Shown here: piece by piece, positions 38,365 to 48,288 of the stretch
Position numbering within the stretch: the first letter of the stretch is position 1
How the letters are laid out: the number at the start of each line of letters is the position of its first letter
Assembly: GCA_963816145.1 (NCBI GenBank)
Contig: CAWFJP010000012.1
Coordinates: 90,979-154,978 of the forward strand
Direction of reading: 5' to 3'
DNA from: an uncultured delta proteobacterium
Lineage (GTDB): Bacteria; Desulfobacterota; Binatia; UBA9968
DNA: 64,000 bases
Notes under the pieces: model-generated
Databases searched by the model: none
What the model was told of the DNA's origin: nothing
What the model saw: only the letters and a program-made list of their open reading frames with translations
Made by a program: the position numbers and the translations under genes

Positions 38365-38521
38365 AACCGGCCATGGGAGAGTAATTTGCCATTAAGTCAG
38401 CGCCCACTCGATTACGCGATGACCCAAATTGCTAGGCACGGCTATCCGGGGCGACATGATGGCGGGTTGTGTGTTAAAGGACGGAAGTCTTTATGTACGC
38501 CAATTCGAGTTGGGAGGGGTG

Positions 38522-39373
38522 ATGAACGAAAATATCTCTGCGACGCAGCTGGGTGATCCAATGGTTCCTGTGCCGATTCCGGCGCAGGTTCCGGCAAAGG
38601 AGGGCATGGCCAAGCTTGGCGACTTTTCACTGGGCTATTGGGATACTGGCGGCAGTGGAGAGCCGGTGGTGTTGCTCCATCCCGCGTCGGGCAGCGCGCT
38701 GGTCTGGTTGTACCAGCAGCCGGTGTTCGCCAAGGCCGGCTATCGGTTGATCGCGTATTCGCGGCGCAACTATTACAACTCGGACTCGGCACCGGCCGAG
38801 AATCCCGGAAGCCCATCGGTGGACTTGCAAAAATTCGCCGACTTCCTCAAGCTCGACCGGTTCCATCTCTTGGGCTCGGCGGCGGGCGGCAGCGTCGCCG
38901 CCGATTTTGCGTTGTCCCATCCGGAGCGGTTGCTGAGTTTGACGATTTCCAGCAACAATCTGGCGGCGGCGCAAGGCTATATCGCCGACGCCGCGGCGAG
39001 CATCAAACTCGAAGAGTGGGACAAGCTGCCGCGCTGGTTTCGCGAACTCGGACCATCCTACCGTGCGGCCAACCCTGAAGGTGTCGCCAAATGGGACGAA
39101 CTCAATCGGATCTCGGAGACCGGAAGAGGCAGCCGGCAAAAGAACGTCAATACGGTCACCCCGGAAATGCTCGAGAAACTGCGGGTGCGCACGCTATTGA
39201 TGACCGGGGCGGCGGATATGTTCACGCCGCCGTCGATCATGCGCAAGATCGCGCGCCATGTTCCCAACAACGAGACGGTGATCGTGCCGGAGTGCGGCCA
39301 TTCGCCCTATTGGGAACAGCCCGAGTTGTTCAACCGCACCGTGCTTGAATTTATCGGCCGGGAGTCGAAATAA
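38522..39373 (+). CDS. Alpha/beta hydrolase fold protein with atypical nucleophile elbow
   Basis: VVLLHPASG, HLLGSAAGG, GAADMF, CGHSPYWEQP. Confidence 0.8.
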   Translation: MNENISATQLGDPMVPVPIPAQVPAKEGMAKLGDFSLGYWDTGGSGEPVVLLHPASGSALVWLYQQPVFAKAGYRLIAYSRRNYYNSDSAPAENPGSPSVDLQKFADFLKLDRFHLLGSAAGGSVAADFALSHPERLLSLTISSNNLAAAQGYIADAAASIKLEEWDKLPRWFRELGPSYRAANPEGVAKWDELNRISETGRGSRQKNVNTVTPEMLEKLRVRTLLMTGAADMFTPPSIMRKIARHVPNNETVIVPECGHSPYWEQPELFNRTVLEFIGRESK

Positions 39374-39511
39374 AGACTCGGGGGATTTTTACACCACTAA
39401 GGACGCCAAGCACGGAGATGTTGAAAGGTAATCTGCTCGACTCGGTGACATCTGCGCCGCGGCCGTGAATGCTTGGCATTTGAATTCAACTCTTGGAGGA
39501 CGGTTCAGGAA

Positions 39512-40588
39512 ATGGTTACGAGAAAAGCGCTGGTCACTATTCTAATCGCAATCCCGTTTTTCACACTACTCGCAACATCCCCGACCTCTGCCCAGGAGAC
39601 CTCCGGGCAAATTCTCGCGAAACTTGAAAAACTTTCGGCGGAGAACCGGCAGAAAGTTCTCGTCGAGCGCGCCAGGAGCGAGAAGGAAGTGACCTTTTAC
39701 AGCTCGCTTCAGGCGGTCGATGCGGACGGTTACGTCAAGGCGTTCAACAAGCGCTACCCGTTCATCAAGGTCAATATCTTCCGCATCTCGGGGCAGAAGC
39801 AGGTGTTGATGATCCAGACCGAGTTCAACGCCGGCAAGCATGGCTTTGACATCACCAACGCGTCGGCGGCGCAGGCTTTTGGCATCAAAAAAACCGGCGC
39901 CTTGAATCCGTACCAGAGCCCGCAGCGGCAGTATTTCTCGACCGCTCACAAAGATAAGGAAGGCTACTTCACGCCGACCTATATCGTTCCGGTGGTGCTC
40001 GGCTACAACACCAACATGGTCAAGCGCGGTGAAGCGCCCAAACGCTATGAAGATTTGCTGGAGCCGAAATGGAAAGCCAACATGATTTTGGACGTCGAAG
40101 AATTTCCCTGGTTTGCCGTCCTGCTCAAACACTATGGCCGGGAAAAAGGCTTGGACTATATGAGGCGGCTCGCCAGGCAGGAGATTCTGATGGGCCGAGG
40201 CCGCACCACTCAGGCGCAACTCATCAGCGCGGGCGAGCGCGCCATCGGCATCGCCCTCAACAGCTCTTCGGTCCTTGAGTTCAAAACTCGCGGCGCACCG
40301 CTCGACTGGACTGTGCTTGACCCCTACTACGCCAAACCCAACATGCTCATGCTGGCGCGCCACGCGCCCCATCCCCACGCCGCGGCGCTCTTAATCGACT
40401 GGACGCTGTCGGACGAAGGCCAGTCGCTGCTGGCGAGCTTGGGTTACGTGGTTGCGCGCAAGGGCGTGAAACAAAGCGTCCCGGCGCTGTTGGAAAAGGA
40501 GAGCTTTCTCGCCGATCCCGACTTCATCGGTCCAATCCTGGAAGAAACCGGCAAAGACTTTCGCAGCGTGTTTACCGGCGGGCGGTAA
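39512..40588 (+). CDS. ABC extracellular solute-binding protein
   Basis: Paralog of 3066-4145; PKRYEDLLEPKWK, APHPHAAALLIDWTLSDEGQ. Confidence 0.85.
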   Translation: MVTRKALVTILIAIPFFTLLATSPTSAQETSGQILAKLEKLSAENRQKVLVERARSEKEVTFYSSLQAVDADGYVKAFNKRYPFIKVNIFRISGQKQVLMIQTEFNAGKHGFDITNASAAQAFGIKKTGALNPYQSPQRQYFSTAHKDKEGYFTPTYIVPVVLGYNTNMVKRGEAPKRYEDLLEPKWKANMILDVEEFPWFAVLLKHYGREKGLDYMRRLARQEILMGRGRTTQAQLISAGERAIGIALNSSSVLEFKTRGAPLDWTVLDPYYAKPNMLMLARHAPHPHAAALLIDWTLSDEGQSLLASLGYVVARKGVKQSVPALLEKESFLADPDFIGPILEETGKDFRSVFTGGR

Positions 40589-40807
40589 AACTGCATTCCT
40601 GGCGGGGCTTGCCGTTTATCATGCGAAAAGCACGGAGGCTCAGACCGACCGTCAATTGACAAAGTGTTTACTTTTGTCGCAGCACCTGGAGGCAGGCGGG
40701 ATTCAAGTGGGATTGCTGAAACGAACCTAGTCTCTGAACTAAACCCCACGCGTCTCGTCTTTTCATGAGCAAACCATCTAGAAAAACGAATTAAGATCAA
40801 CCACTGT

Positions 40808-41335
40808 TCACACTAACCCCAGCACACCCGCCAGTGCGCCGACGGCGAGAAGCCAAAGCGGGTTCCACGGCGTGCGCATGACGAAGGTGACGGTGACCAG
40901 CGTGAGCAGGTAGGCGCGCCAGTTGTGATTGACCGCGCGGATCAAGATCGTCGAGCTGGCGCACATCAGTCCGATTGTAATCGGCGTCAGCCCGCGTTTG
41001 ACGATATTGCCGATGGTGCCATTGGGACGGCGCTGATTCATATGCCCGAGAATGAGCGAGAAAGTCATCGTTGGCACCAGCACCGCAATCGTCATCAGGG
41101 CGGCGCCGGTCCATCCCGCCATCTGCCAGCCCATCAGCGTGACGTACAGGAAGTTGGGACCAGGCGCTGCCTGCGCTAAGGTGTAAAGCTCGGTGAACTG
41201 CGAGTTGCTTATGAACTGGTGCGCTTCCACCAAATAGCGATGAAACTCCGGCAGGATCGTCGAGGGACCGCCGACGGACACGAACCATAAGGCTAAAGAA
41301 TGCAGAAACAGCGCTATGATCTCGCCGCGAGTCAT
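40808..41335 (-). CDS. Short-chain chromate transporter (ChrA family), second half
   Basis: SVGG, LAQAAPGPN; start overlaps the upstream stop (TGATG). Confidence 0.85.
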   Translation of the reverse strand: MTRGEIIALFLHSLALWFVSVGGPSTILPEFHRYLVEAHQFISNSQFTELYTLAQAAPGPNFLYVTLMGWQMAGWTGAALMTIAVLVPTMTFSLILGHMNQRRPNGTIGNIVKRGLTPITIGLMCASSTILIRAVNHNWRAYLLTLVTVTFVMRTPWNPLWLLAVGALAGVLGLV

Positions 41336-41889
41336 CACGCTTGCCCTTTCCAGGCGGCGAAAAGGGCCACCGGCGCCAGCGCAACGATCACCCAAACCAG
41401 CGGCCAGCGAAAAATCCCGACGCCGATGAACGCCAGGATGGCGATTGAGAACGGCAACCAGCGGCGGGGCAAGACCCGCGCCACTTTGGCAAAAGTTGCA
41501 AACAGCAGTCCGGCGGCAACGATGGACATACCAGTCAAGGCGCGTTGGACGATCGGCAGGGCGCCGTAATATTGGTAGAGCACGCCCATACCGACAGCGA
41601 TTAGAAACGGCCAGCCGACAAATCCGCCCACAGCCGCCACTGCACCGGCCCAACCCCCGAACCGATAGCCGACCAGCACGGTAAGATTTAATCCCGGCGG
41701 CCCGGGAAGGAGCTGTCCGAGGGTGAGAAATTCGACGAACTCCCGGTCGGTTAACCAGTGCTCTCGTTCGACCAGGCGGCGGCGTGCCCAGAACATCGCG
41801 CCGCCGAAGCCGGACAAACTTATTTGGGAAAAGATCAGGAACACGCGATATGGGCCGATCCGCGTCTTGGGCAATTCGGTTTGCTCCAT
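41335..41889 (-). CDS. Short-chain chromate transporter (ChrA family), first half
   Basis: SGFGG, LVEREHWLTDREF...GQLLPGP. Confidence 0.85.
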   Translation of the reverse strand: MEQTELPKTRIGPYRVFLIFSQISLSGFGGAMFWARRRLVEREHWLTDREFVEFLTLGQLLPGPPGLNLTVLVGYRFGGWAGAVAAVGGFVGWPFLIAVGMGVLYQYYGALPIVQRALTGMSIVAAGLLFATFAKVARVLPRRWLPFSIAILAFIGVGIFRWPLVWVIVALAPVALFAAWKGQA

Positions 41890-42105
41890 GGATGTCTTGA
41901 TGACTCGTGGGCGATAGTGTGCTGGAATTAAGGGACTGGTGTTTTTATTCTCGGAGTCAAAGTGCGCAGGAAATAGTCATAGCATATCAATGATTCTGTT
42001 ACATAGATTGGCGGAAATTAGCCGGTCATTTTCATCTCCGCGACTGACGGAGAACCGCCTTTGGCGCAAATGGGTCGCTCTGCCGTGTAGTGGTTCAGTT
42101 AGACC

Positions 42106-42172
42106 GAGATCTCTCACTTCGTTCGAGATGACAAATCGACTATTCTGCTGTCATTTCGAGCGAAGCGAGAAA
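42106..42172. repeat. REP-like inverted pair (…CGAGATGACA / TGTCATTTCGAGCG…)
   Basis: gagatctctcacttcgttcgagatgaca ... tgtcatttcgagcgaagcgagaa. Confidence 0.65.
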
Positions 42173-42333
42173 ACTTTCCCAGGATGAGGATGCGTCGCCG
42201 ACTCGAACTGAACCACTACCCGCCGTCGTTCGACATTGACAGAAAGCTGCTCATCGAATACCTTCGCTCCAAGGTAACAAAGCAAACCACAAATCAGCCG
42301 CGCGGCTGGCCGGCGCGCTGCACGGGAGGAATC

Positions 42334-44010
42334 ATGGCATACGATCTGGTTATCAAGAACGGTACGGTGATTGACGGTTCCGGACTGCCGGGTTTTCATG
42401 GCGACGTTGCGGTCCGCGGGGGGCGGATCGTCGAGATCGGCAAAGTGAGCGGCGCGGCGCACCAAACCGTCAATGCCGACGGCTTGGTGGTGTCGCCAGG
42501 TATCATCGACAACCACACCCATTACGATGCTCAGGTCACCTGGGATCCGCTGTGCACCTACTCTTGCTATCACGGCATCACCACCGTGGTCATGGGCAAC
42601 TGCTCGCTGGCGATGGCGCCGGCCCATAAGGAAGATCGAGATAATCTCGCCGGCGTCTTATCCCATGTCGAGGCGATTCCACTGGAAGCCATCGAAGCCG
42701 GAGTCAACTGGACTTGGGAAACCATTCCTGAATATTTAAATGCGCTAGACAAAAAGCTCGGCATCAACGTTGCCTCGTTGATCGGTCACTCGGCCGTACG
42801 CCGCTATGTGATGGGTGAAGCGTCCCAGGAGCGCCACGCGACGGATGAAGAAGTGGCGGCGATGAAGGCGATCGTGCGTGAAGGCTTGGAAGCCGGCGCG
42901 GTGGGCGTTTCTTTCGAGCGCAATCTGCGTCACTTCGATTGGCATGGACGGTTGGCGCCGACCAATCACGCTTCCGAGGAGGAGATTTTCGCGGTCGCGG
43001 GGGTGGCGGATGAGATAGGCCGCGGCGTGATCCAGTTCGGCGGCGACCGGGCGATCAGCACGCGGCTCGCCAAGGCCAGCCGGCGCCCGGTTTTCTATGG
43101 CAACATCACCCAGCAGGCGGTGGCGCCGGATAAATGGCGCAAGCAGTTGACCGAAGCCGAAAACTTAATGCGCCAGGGTCATCGCGGCTACCAGTTCGTC
43201 ATGCCGCGGCCCGGCGATCTGCGTTACACGCTGAAAACCGCGCAGCACTTCGACGCCATGGCGACCTGGAAAAATGTCATGCTGCTGCCGCTGGAACAAC
43301 GCAAAGAAGTGTTCCGCGACCCGGCGACCCGCGCCAAGCTGCATTTTGAAGCGGTCGAGACGCCGCTCAATCCCGATCTCGCCGGCGACTTTACGCGCCG
43401 CTGGGATTTGCAGTTCGTCTTCAAGCCGGCGTTGGCGAAGAACGAACATCTGATCGGCAAGAGCGTCGCCGAGATCGCGCGTCAGCAGAACAAAGACGTG
43501 CTCGATGCTTTCCTCGATTTGGCGCTGGAGGAAAATCTTGAAACCGAATTCGAGCGGCGCGAAGTGAACAGCGATCAAGCCGCCATGTCCGCGCTGCTCA
43601 CCAGCCCCTACACCGTCATCGGCCAGTCGGACGGCGGCGCCCATGTGGTGTTCCGCACCGACTACAGCTACTCGACCTATCTGCTGTCGCACTGGGTGCG
43701 CGAGAAACAAATTATGTCGCTGGAGGACGCCATCCGAAAGCTCACATTCATACCGGCATCGCTGTTCGGCTTCTCCGACCGCGGCCTGGTGCGTCCGGGC
43801 ATGGCCGCCGACTTGATGGTGTTCGATCCAGCGACCATCGCCGCCTTGGAACCGGGCGTGGCACAGGACTTACCCGGCGGCGCCAAGCGGCGCAAACAAC
43901 TGGCCCAGGGCATCGAGTGGACCGTGGTTAACGGCCAAGTGCTGATGGAACACGGCAAGCACACCGGCGCGTATCCGGGAAAGGTGGCGCGTCCCGGCGC
44001 AGCGCAGTAA
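42334..44010 (+). CDS. N-acyl-D-amino-acid deacylase-like amidohydrolase
   Basis: YDLVIKNGTVIDGSG, PGIIDNHTHYD, GNC, SDGGAH, DRG..RPG..ADL; RBS GGAGG. Confidence 0.9.
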   Translation: MAYDLVIKNGTVIDGSGLPGFHGDVAVRGGRIVEIGKVSGAAHQTVNADGLVVSPGIIDNHTHYDAQVTWDPLCTYSCYHGITTVVMGNCSLAMAPAHKEDRDNLAGVLSHVEAIPLEAIEAGVNWTWETIPEYLNALDKKLGINVASLIGHSAVRRYVMGEASQERHATDEEVAAMKAIVREGLEAGAVGVSFERNLRHFDWHGRLAPTNHASEEEIFAVAGVADEIGRGVIQFGGDRAISTRLAKASRRPVFYGNITQQAVAPDKWRKQLTEAENLMRQGHRGYQFVMPRPGDLRYTLKTAQHFDAMATWKNVMLLPLEQRKEVFRDPATRAKLHFEAVETPLNPDLAGDFTRRWDLQFVFKPALAKNEHLIGKSVAEIARQQNKDVLDAFLDLALEENLETEFERREVNSDQAAMSALLTSPYTVIGQSDGGAHVVFRTDYSYSTYLLSHWVREKQIMSLEDAIRKLTFIPASLFGFSDRGLVRPGMAADLMVFDPATIAALEPGVAQDLPGGAKRRKQLAQGIEWTVVNGQVLMEHGKHTGAYPGKVARPGAAQ

Positions 44011-44038
44011 TCGGAAAAAGACTAAGTCGAGAGAAGTA

Positions 44039-44069
44039 AGTGGCAGGAGCTTCCGAGCTTCCTGCCACT
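44039..44069. terminator. Hairpin between convergent genes
   Basis: AGTGGCAGGA...TCCTGCCACT. Confidence 0.6.
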
Positions 44070-44075
44070 GCTATT

Positions 44076-45782
44076 TTAGCCGAGGGAAACTTTAATCGGT
44101 TGCTTGCGAATCTTATATTTGCCGACCTGCTTCATCACCAACGGCACGAGAGTTTCGGGGACGTCGACGAAGGACTTTTGGTTTTCGATGTGGATCTTGC
44201 CGATGGCATTGCCCGGAATATCGGCGTGATAGGCGATGGTGCCGACCAGATCGCTCGGGCCGATGCCATGTTCTTTGCCGACGTTCAGCGTCAATCTTAC
44301 CATTCCGCTTTCATGCGAATCTCTGCCGCCGCGCTGCGGCGGCGCGCGCTTAGCCGAGTCACGCGAGTAAGCGGGCGTTGCCGACGCTCGGCCGCGCTGC
44401 TCGGCGCGGTAACTGCCACGGCGCGGTTCGCGTTGGTAACGGTTGTTCGGCATTTCTCGCATCTCTTCCACTTCGGCTACCGGAGCAATTGTGCGTTGCT
44501 TCTCGTCGCCCCGAGCGAGTTTCAACGCGGCGGCGGCGATGTCCAACGGGTCGTACCCCTGGGCGACCAACTCGTCGACGATGGTTCGTTCGCGGTTGAT
44601 CCGGCCGCGCCTGAGCCAGAGGGTCACTTGTTCGGTCAGCTGCGCGCTGCGCCGTTTCATGATGTCTTCGACGCTGGGCAATGTGGCCCGGTTAAACTTC
44701 TGCCGGGTAAAGGCTTCAATGCGGCGCAAGTGGGCCTGCTCGGCTGGCGCGATTAGCGAGATCGCGATGCCGGTCTTGCTGGCGCGGCCGGTGCGGCCGA
44801 TGCGATGAACGTAGACTTCGGCTTCGGTGGGCAGATCATGATTGAAAACATGGGAGATGTCGTCGATGTCGAGGCCGCGGGCGGCGACGTCGGTGGCGAC
44901 CAGGATTTGAAGATGATTGTTGCGGAAGCGATTCAATACTCTTTCGCGGGCTTCCTGGGTGAGATCGCCGTTCAAAGTTTCGGCTGGGAATCCCTGCTGG
45001 GTGAGCGCGTTGGCCAATTCGGCGGTGCCGATGCGCGTGCGCGCAAAGATCAAGGCGCGTTTGACGTCTTCATTTTCTAAAATGCGTGTTAGCGCGGATA
45101 TCTTGTCGGACGGACGCACCAGATAATAACGTTGCTCGATGGCTATAGCGGTGATTTGATTGCGTTGAATGGTCACCGATTGCGGCGCGCGCATGTATTT
45201 GTCGGCCAGACGGCGGATCGGCGGCGGCATGGTGGCGGAAAACAGCGCGGTCTGCCGCGTCGCCGGCGTCTTGGCTAAAATAGCCTCGACATCGTCGATG
45301 AATCCCATCTTGAGCATCTCGTCGGCTTCGTCGAGGACGACGGTCTGAATGGCGCTGAAGTCGAGTAACTTGCGATCGAGAAGATCGAGCAAACGGCCCG
45401 GTGTGCCGACGACGATATCGACGCCGCTGCGCAGTTGCCTGATTTGCTGGCCATAACCTTGACCGCCGTAAACCGCCAGCACCTGCGCGCCCACGTGGCG
45501 TCCGTAGCTCTGCATCGCTTCGGCGACTTGCAAGGCCAGCTCACGCGTGGGTGCGAGCACCAAGGCTTGGGGGGTCTTGCGCGGCTGATAATTGTTGAGA
45601 ATAGGCAAGGCGAAGGCGGCGGTCTTGCCGGTGCCAGTTTGCGCTTGGCCGATGACATCGACGCCGGTGAGCATGAGCGGAATCATGCCCGATTGAATCG
45701 GTGTCGGCGTCGTGTAGCCGAGCTCGGTTAGCGCTTTGAGCAATGACGCATGTAAGTTGAATTGGGCAAACTCTGCGGTCAT
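44076..45782 (-). CDS. DEAD-box RNA helicase, DeaD/CsdA-like with C-terminal RNA-binding domain
   Basis: Q-motif, AQTGTGKT, PTRELA, DEAD, SAT, ARGLD, HRIGRTGR. Confidence 0.93.
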   Translation of the reverse strand: MTAEFAQFNLHASLLKALTELGYTTPTPIQSGMIPLMLTGVDVIGQAQTGTGKTAAFALPILNNYQPRKTPQALVLAPTRELALQVAEAMQSYGRHVGAQVLAVYGGQGYGQQIRQLRSGVDIVVGTPGRLLDLLDRKLLDFSAIQTVVLDEADEMLKMGFIDDVEAILAKTPATRQTALFSATMPPPIRRLADKYMRAPQSVTIQRNQITAIAIEQRYYLVRPSDKISALTRILENEDVKRALIFARTRIGTAELANALTQQGFPAETLNGDLTQEARERVLNRFRNNHLQILVATDVAARGLDIDDISHVFNHDLPTEAEVYVHRIGRTGRASKTGIAISLIAPAEQAHLRRIEAFTRQKFNRATLPSVEDIMKRRSAQLTEQVTLWLRRGRINRERTIVDELVAQGYDPLDIAAAALKLARGDEKQRTIAPVAEVEEMREMPNNRYQREPRRGSYRAEQRGRASATPAYSRDSAKRAPPQRGGRDSHESGMVRLTLNVGKEHGIGPSDLVGTIAYHADIPGNAIGKIHIENQKSFVDVPETLVPLVMKQVGKYKIRKQPIKVSLG

Positions 45783-46387
45783 GAGAGGCTCCTTCAAATG
45801 CTTATGTGTAGACGTTCATTTTGCTGCAACGTCTCTGCAGATACCGTTGTGGTTCAACAACCGGACCCATCACACAAGCACGAGCCGCTCTGTTGTATCT
45901 AAACGTCCGACCCAGGGGGCGGACAGATTGGGCGTTACCAAGCCCTGACGATTTGCCACTTTCGGAAGGTGATTCACAATAGCATACAGAATCGTGAACT
46001 TCGACGGGCGGGAGGTTTTGTGCCGATTCACACCTTCCAGGTGGCTCCGACGATGAAGATTCTCGGCGGCTGAAAAGTGCTCTTGACGAGTTCGAACCGA
46101 AGGGGATGCCGATTCATGCGACGCATCGCGATGGCCGCTATGGTTCGGCGAGACGATGCTCTGTTGCCGATGTGACTGGCGGCAGGCTGAGAAATGACCA
46201 GATTTGACAATAAATTCTTCCGGAATTCTTGAGCCGGTCAACATGTCGGTTTGCGACTTGTCAAAGCGGCCACTGGTGGGTATCACAAGCGTTGTTGCCA
46301 GTCGTCCGATCCCCAGCCGTAGCCTTCCCGGTCAGGGATTCACTCTTGTGCTAGACCGCTTATGGTGTGACGATTGCGCTGAAAGGG

Positions 46388-48232
46388 ATGGCACTTATTG
46401 TGATGGATCCTCAAGAAAAACTTGGCCCGTTTGACGACGAGGCAACCTCGCTTGCCTCGATGTTCGAAGCGCAAGTCGCCCGATACCCTGACAGGATGGC
46501 GATTGTCTGCGGCGATCGCAGTTTGACCTACTCTGAGTTAAACCAGGCGGCCAATCGCATCGCCCATGTGATTCTGTCCCGTCTCGGCGATCAGGCGACC
46601 ACGGTTGCGCTGCTCTTTCAGCCGGGCACAACGATCGTCGCGGCGATCTTGGGTGTGCTCAAGGCCGGCAAGATCTACATTGCCTTAGATCCATCCTATC
46701 CGCGGCCGCGAACCGCCTTTATGTTGCAGGATTGCCAAGCGCAACTTCTGCTCACCAATTCACAACACTTCACATTCGTCGAGCAGTTGGCGCACGGACG
46801 CCAGGCCATAGTTAACTGTGACGAGATCGATCGGACTGTTCCGGACGCCAACCCGAACTGTTGGGTAAACGGGAATACCCCCGCTTTCCTTCTCTACACT
46901 TCGGGTTCCACGGGGAATCCCAAGGGCGTGCTGCACAGTCACCGCAATGTGCTGGTCGAAGTCCGAAACTACACCGGCGACGCCGCGATCTGTCCCGATG
47001 ACCGTTTAGCGGTCTGGCATTCATTCAGCTTCGCTAATTCGATTCGTAACCTTTACGGCGCCTTGATGAACGGCGCCACGGTCTTTCCTTACGACCTGCC
47101 GGCAGAAGGTTTGATGCCGTTGGCAGAGTGGATTCGCAAGCATGAGATCACCATGATTCATACTTTGGCGACGACATTTCGCGGCTTTGTCGATACGCTG
47201 CCGAGTCACGCGACTTTTCCCAGTGTGCGCGTGCTTCGCCTAGGCGGCGAGCCGATCCACAGCGACGATGTCAAGAACTTCAAGCGCCATTTCCCGCCGC
47301 CTTGTCTGCTGATGCATGTGATCGGTCCGACAGAGACCTTTAGTATCCGGCGCCAATTCATCGACCATGATTGGCAGGGCCAAGAAGGCAAAGTCGCGGT
47401 GGGCTACCCGGTGGCCGATAAGGAAGTATTCCTCGTCGATGAAGCGGGCCGTCGGGTCGCCCCTAACCAGACCGGCGAGATCGTCGTGCGCAGCAAATAT
47501 CTCGCCCTCGGTTATTGGCGGCTACCGCAACTGACCGAGGAAGTTTTCTTGCCGGATCCCGCCGGCGGCGAAGAGCGGCTTTATTACACCGGAGACTTGG
47601 GGGTGATGAGCGTTGATGGTTGTTTGATGCATTTGGGCCGCAAAGATTTTCAGGTGAAAATCCGTGGCTATAGGATCGAAACCGGAGAGATCGAGGCCGT
47701 GCTTGTCAAGTTGGATTCGGTGAAGGCCGCGATCGTGCACGCGCAGCCCGATCACTCTGGCGAAACGCGTCTGGTTGCCTATATCGTGCCCGCTTCAGCA
47801 AAGACGCCAAGCCTCGACGATCTGCGCAGCGCCATAGTTCAAGCTTTGCCGAATTATATGATGCCGGCCAGCTTCCTATTCCTCGACGAGCTTCCACTGC
47901 TCCCCAACGGGAAAGTTGACCGGCGCGTTTTGCCGCTGCCCAATCTCGACCGCCCGGAGCTGCTAGAACCCTACGCTGAGCCGCGCAATCCTGTCGAATC
48001 GGCGCTCACCGCAATCTGGATGGATGTTTTGCAGATGGAAAAGATCGGCATCCACGATCGATTCTTGTGTCTTGGCGGCGATTCACTGCGGGCGACGCAA
48101 ATTCTTAACCGCGTGGTCAAATCCTTCGGTGTAAACATTACCATCGGCGACCTGATGCTGATGGAAACCATCGCCGATATGGCTGAATTCATCGCCATCC
48201 TAGATGCAGCGGATTCCGGGAAGAAGTCGTAA
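46388..48232 (+). CDS. Stand-alone NRPS-like adenylation + carrier (A-T) protein
   Basis: YTSGSTGNPKG, GPTE, YTGDL, GRKDFQVKIRG, PNGKVDR, LGGDSL; start uncertain. Confidence 0.9.
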   Translation: MALIVMDPQEKLGPFDDEATSLASMFEAQVARYPDRMAIVCGDRSLTYSELNQAANRIAHVILSRLGDQATTVALLFQPGTTIVAAILGVLKAGKIYIALDPSYPRPRTAFMLQDCQAQLLLTNSQHFTFVEQLAHGRQAIVNCDEIDRTVPDANPNCWVNGNTPAFLLYTSGSTGNPKGVLHSHRNVLVEVRNYTGDAAICPDDRLAVWHSFSFANSIRNLYGALMNGATVFPYDLPAEGLMPLAEWIRKHEITMIHTLATTFRGFVDTLPSHATFPSVRVLRLGGEPIHSDDVKNFKRHFPPPCLLMHVIGPTETFSIRRQFIDHDWQGQEGKVAVGYPVADKEVFLVDEAGRRVAPNQTGEIVVRSKYLALGYWRLPQLTEEVFLPDPAGGEERLYYTGDLGVMSVDGCLMHLGRKDFQVKIRGYRIETGEIEAVLVKLDSVKAAIVHAQPDHSGETRLVAYIVPASAKTPSLDDLRSAIVQALPNYMMPASFLFLDELPLLPNGKVDRRVLPLPNLDRPELLEPYAEPRNPVESALTAIWMDVLQMEKIGIHDRFLCLGGDSLRATQILNRVVKSFGVNITIGDLMLMETIADMAEFIAILDAADSGKKS

Positions 48233-48288
48233 CCGTCGAGCGCTGTTTGATACGTCGCTCCTAAGGTGGCTACGCGCGCAAGCGCGCC

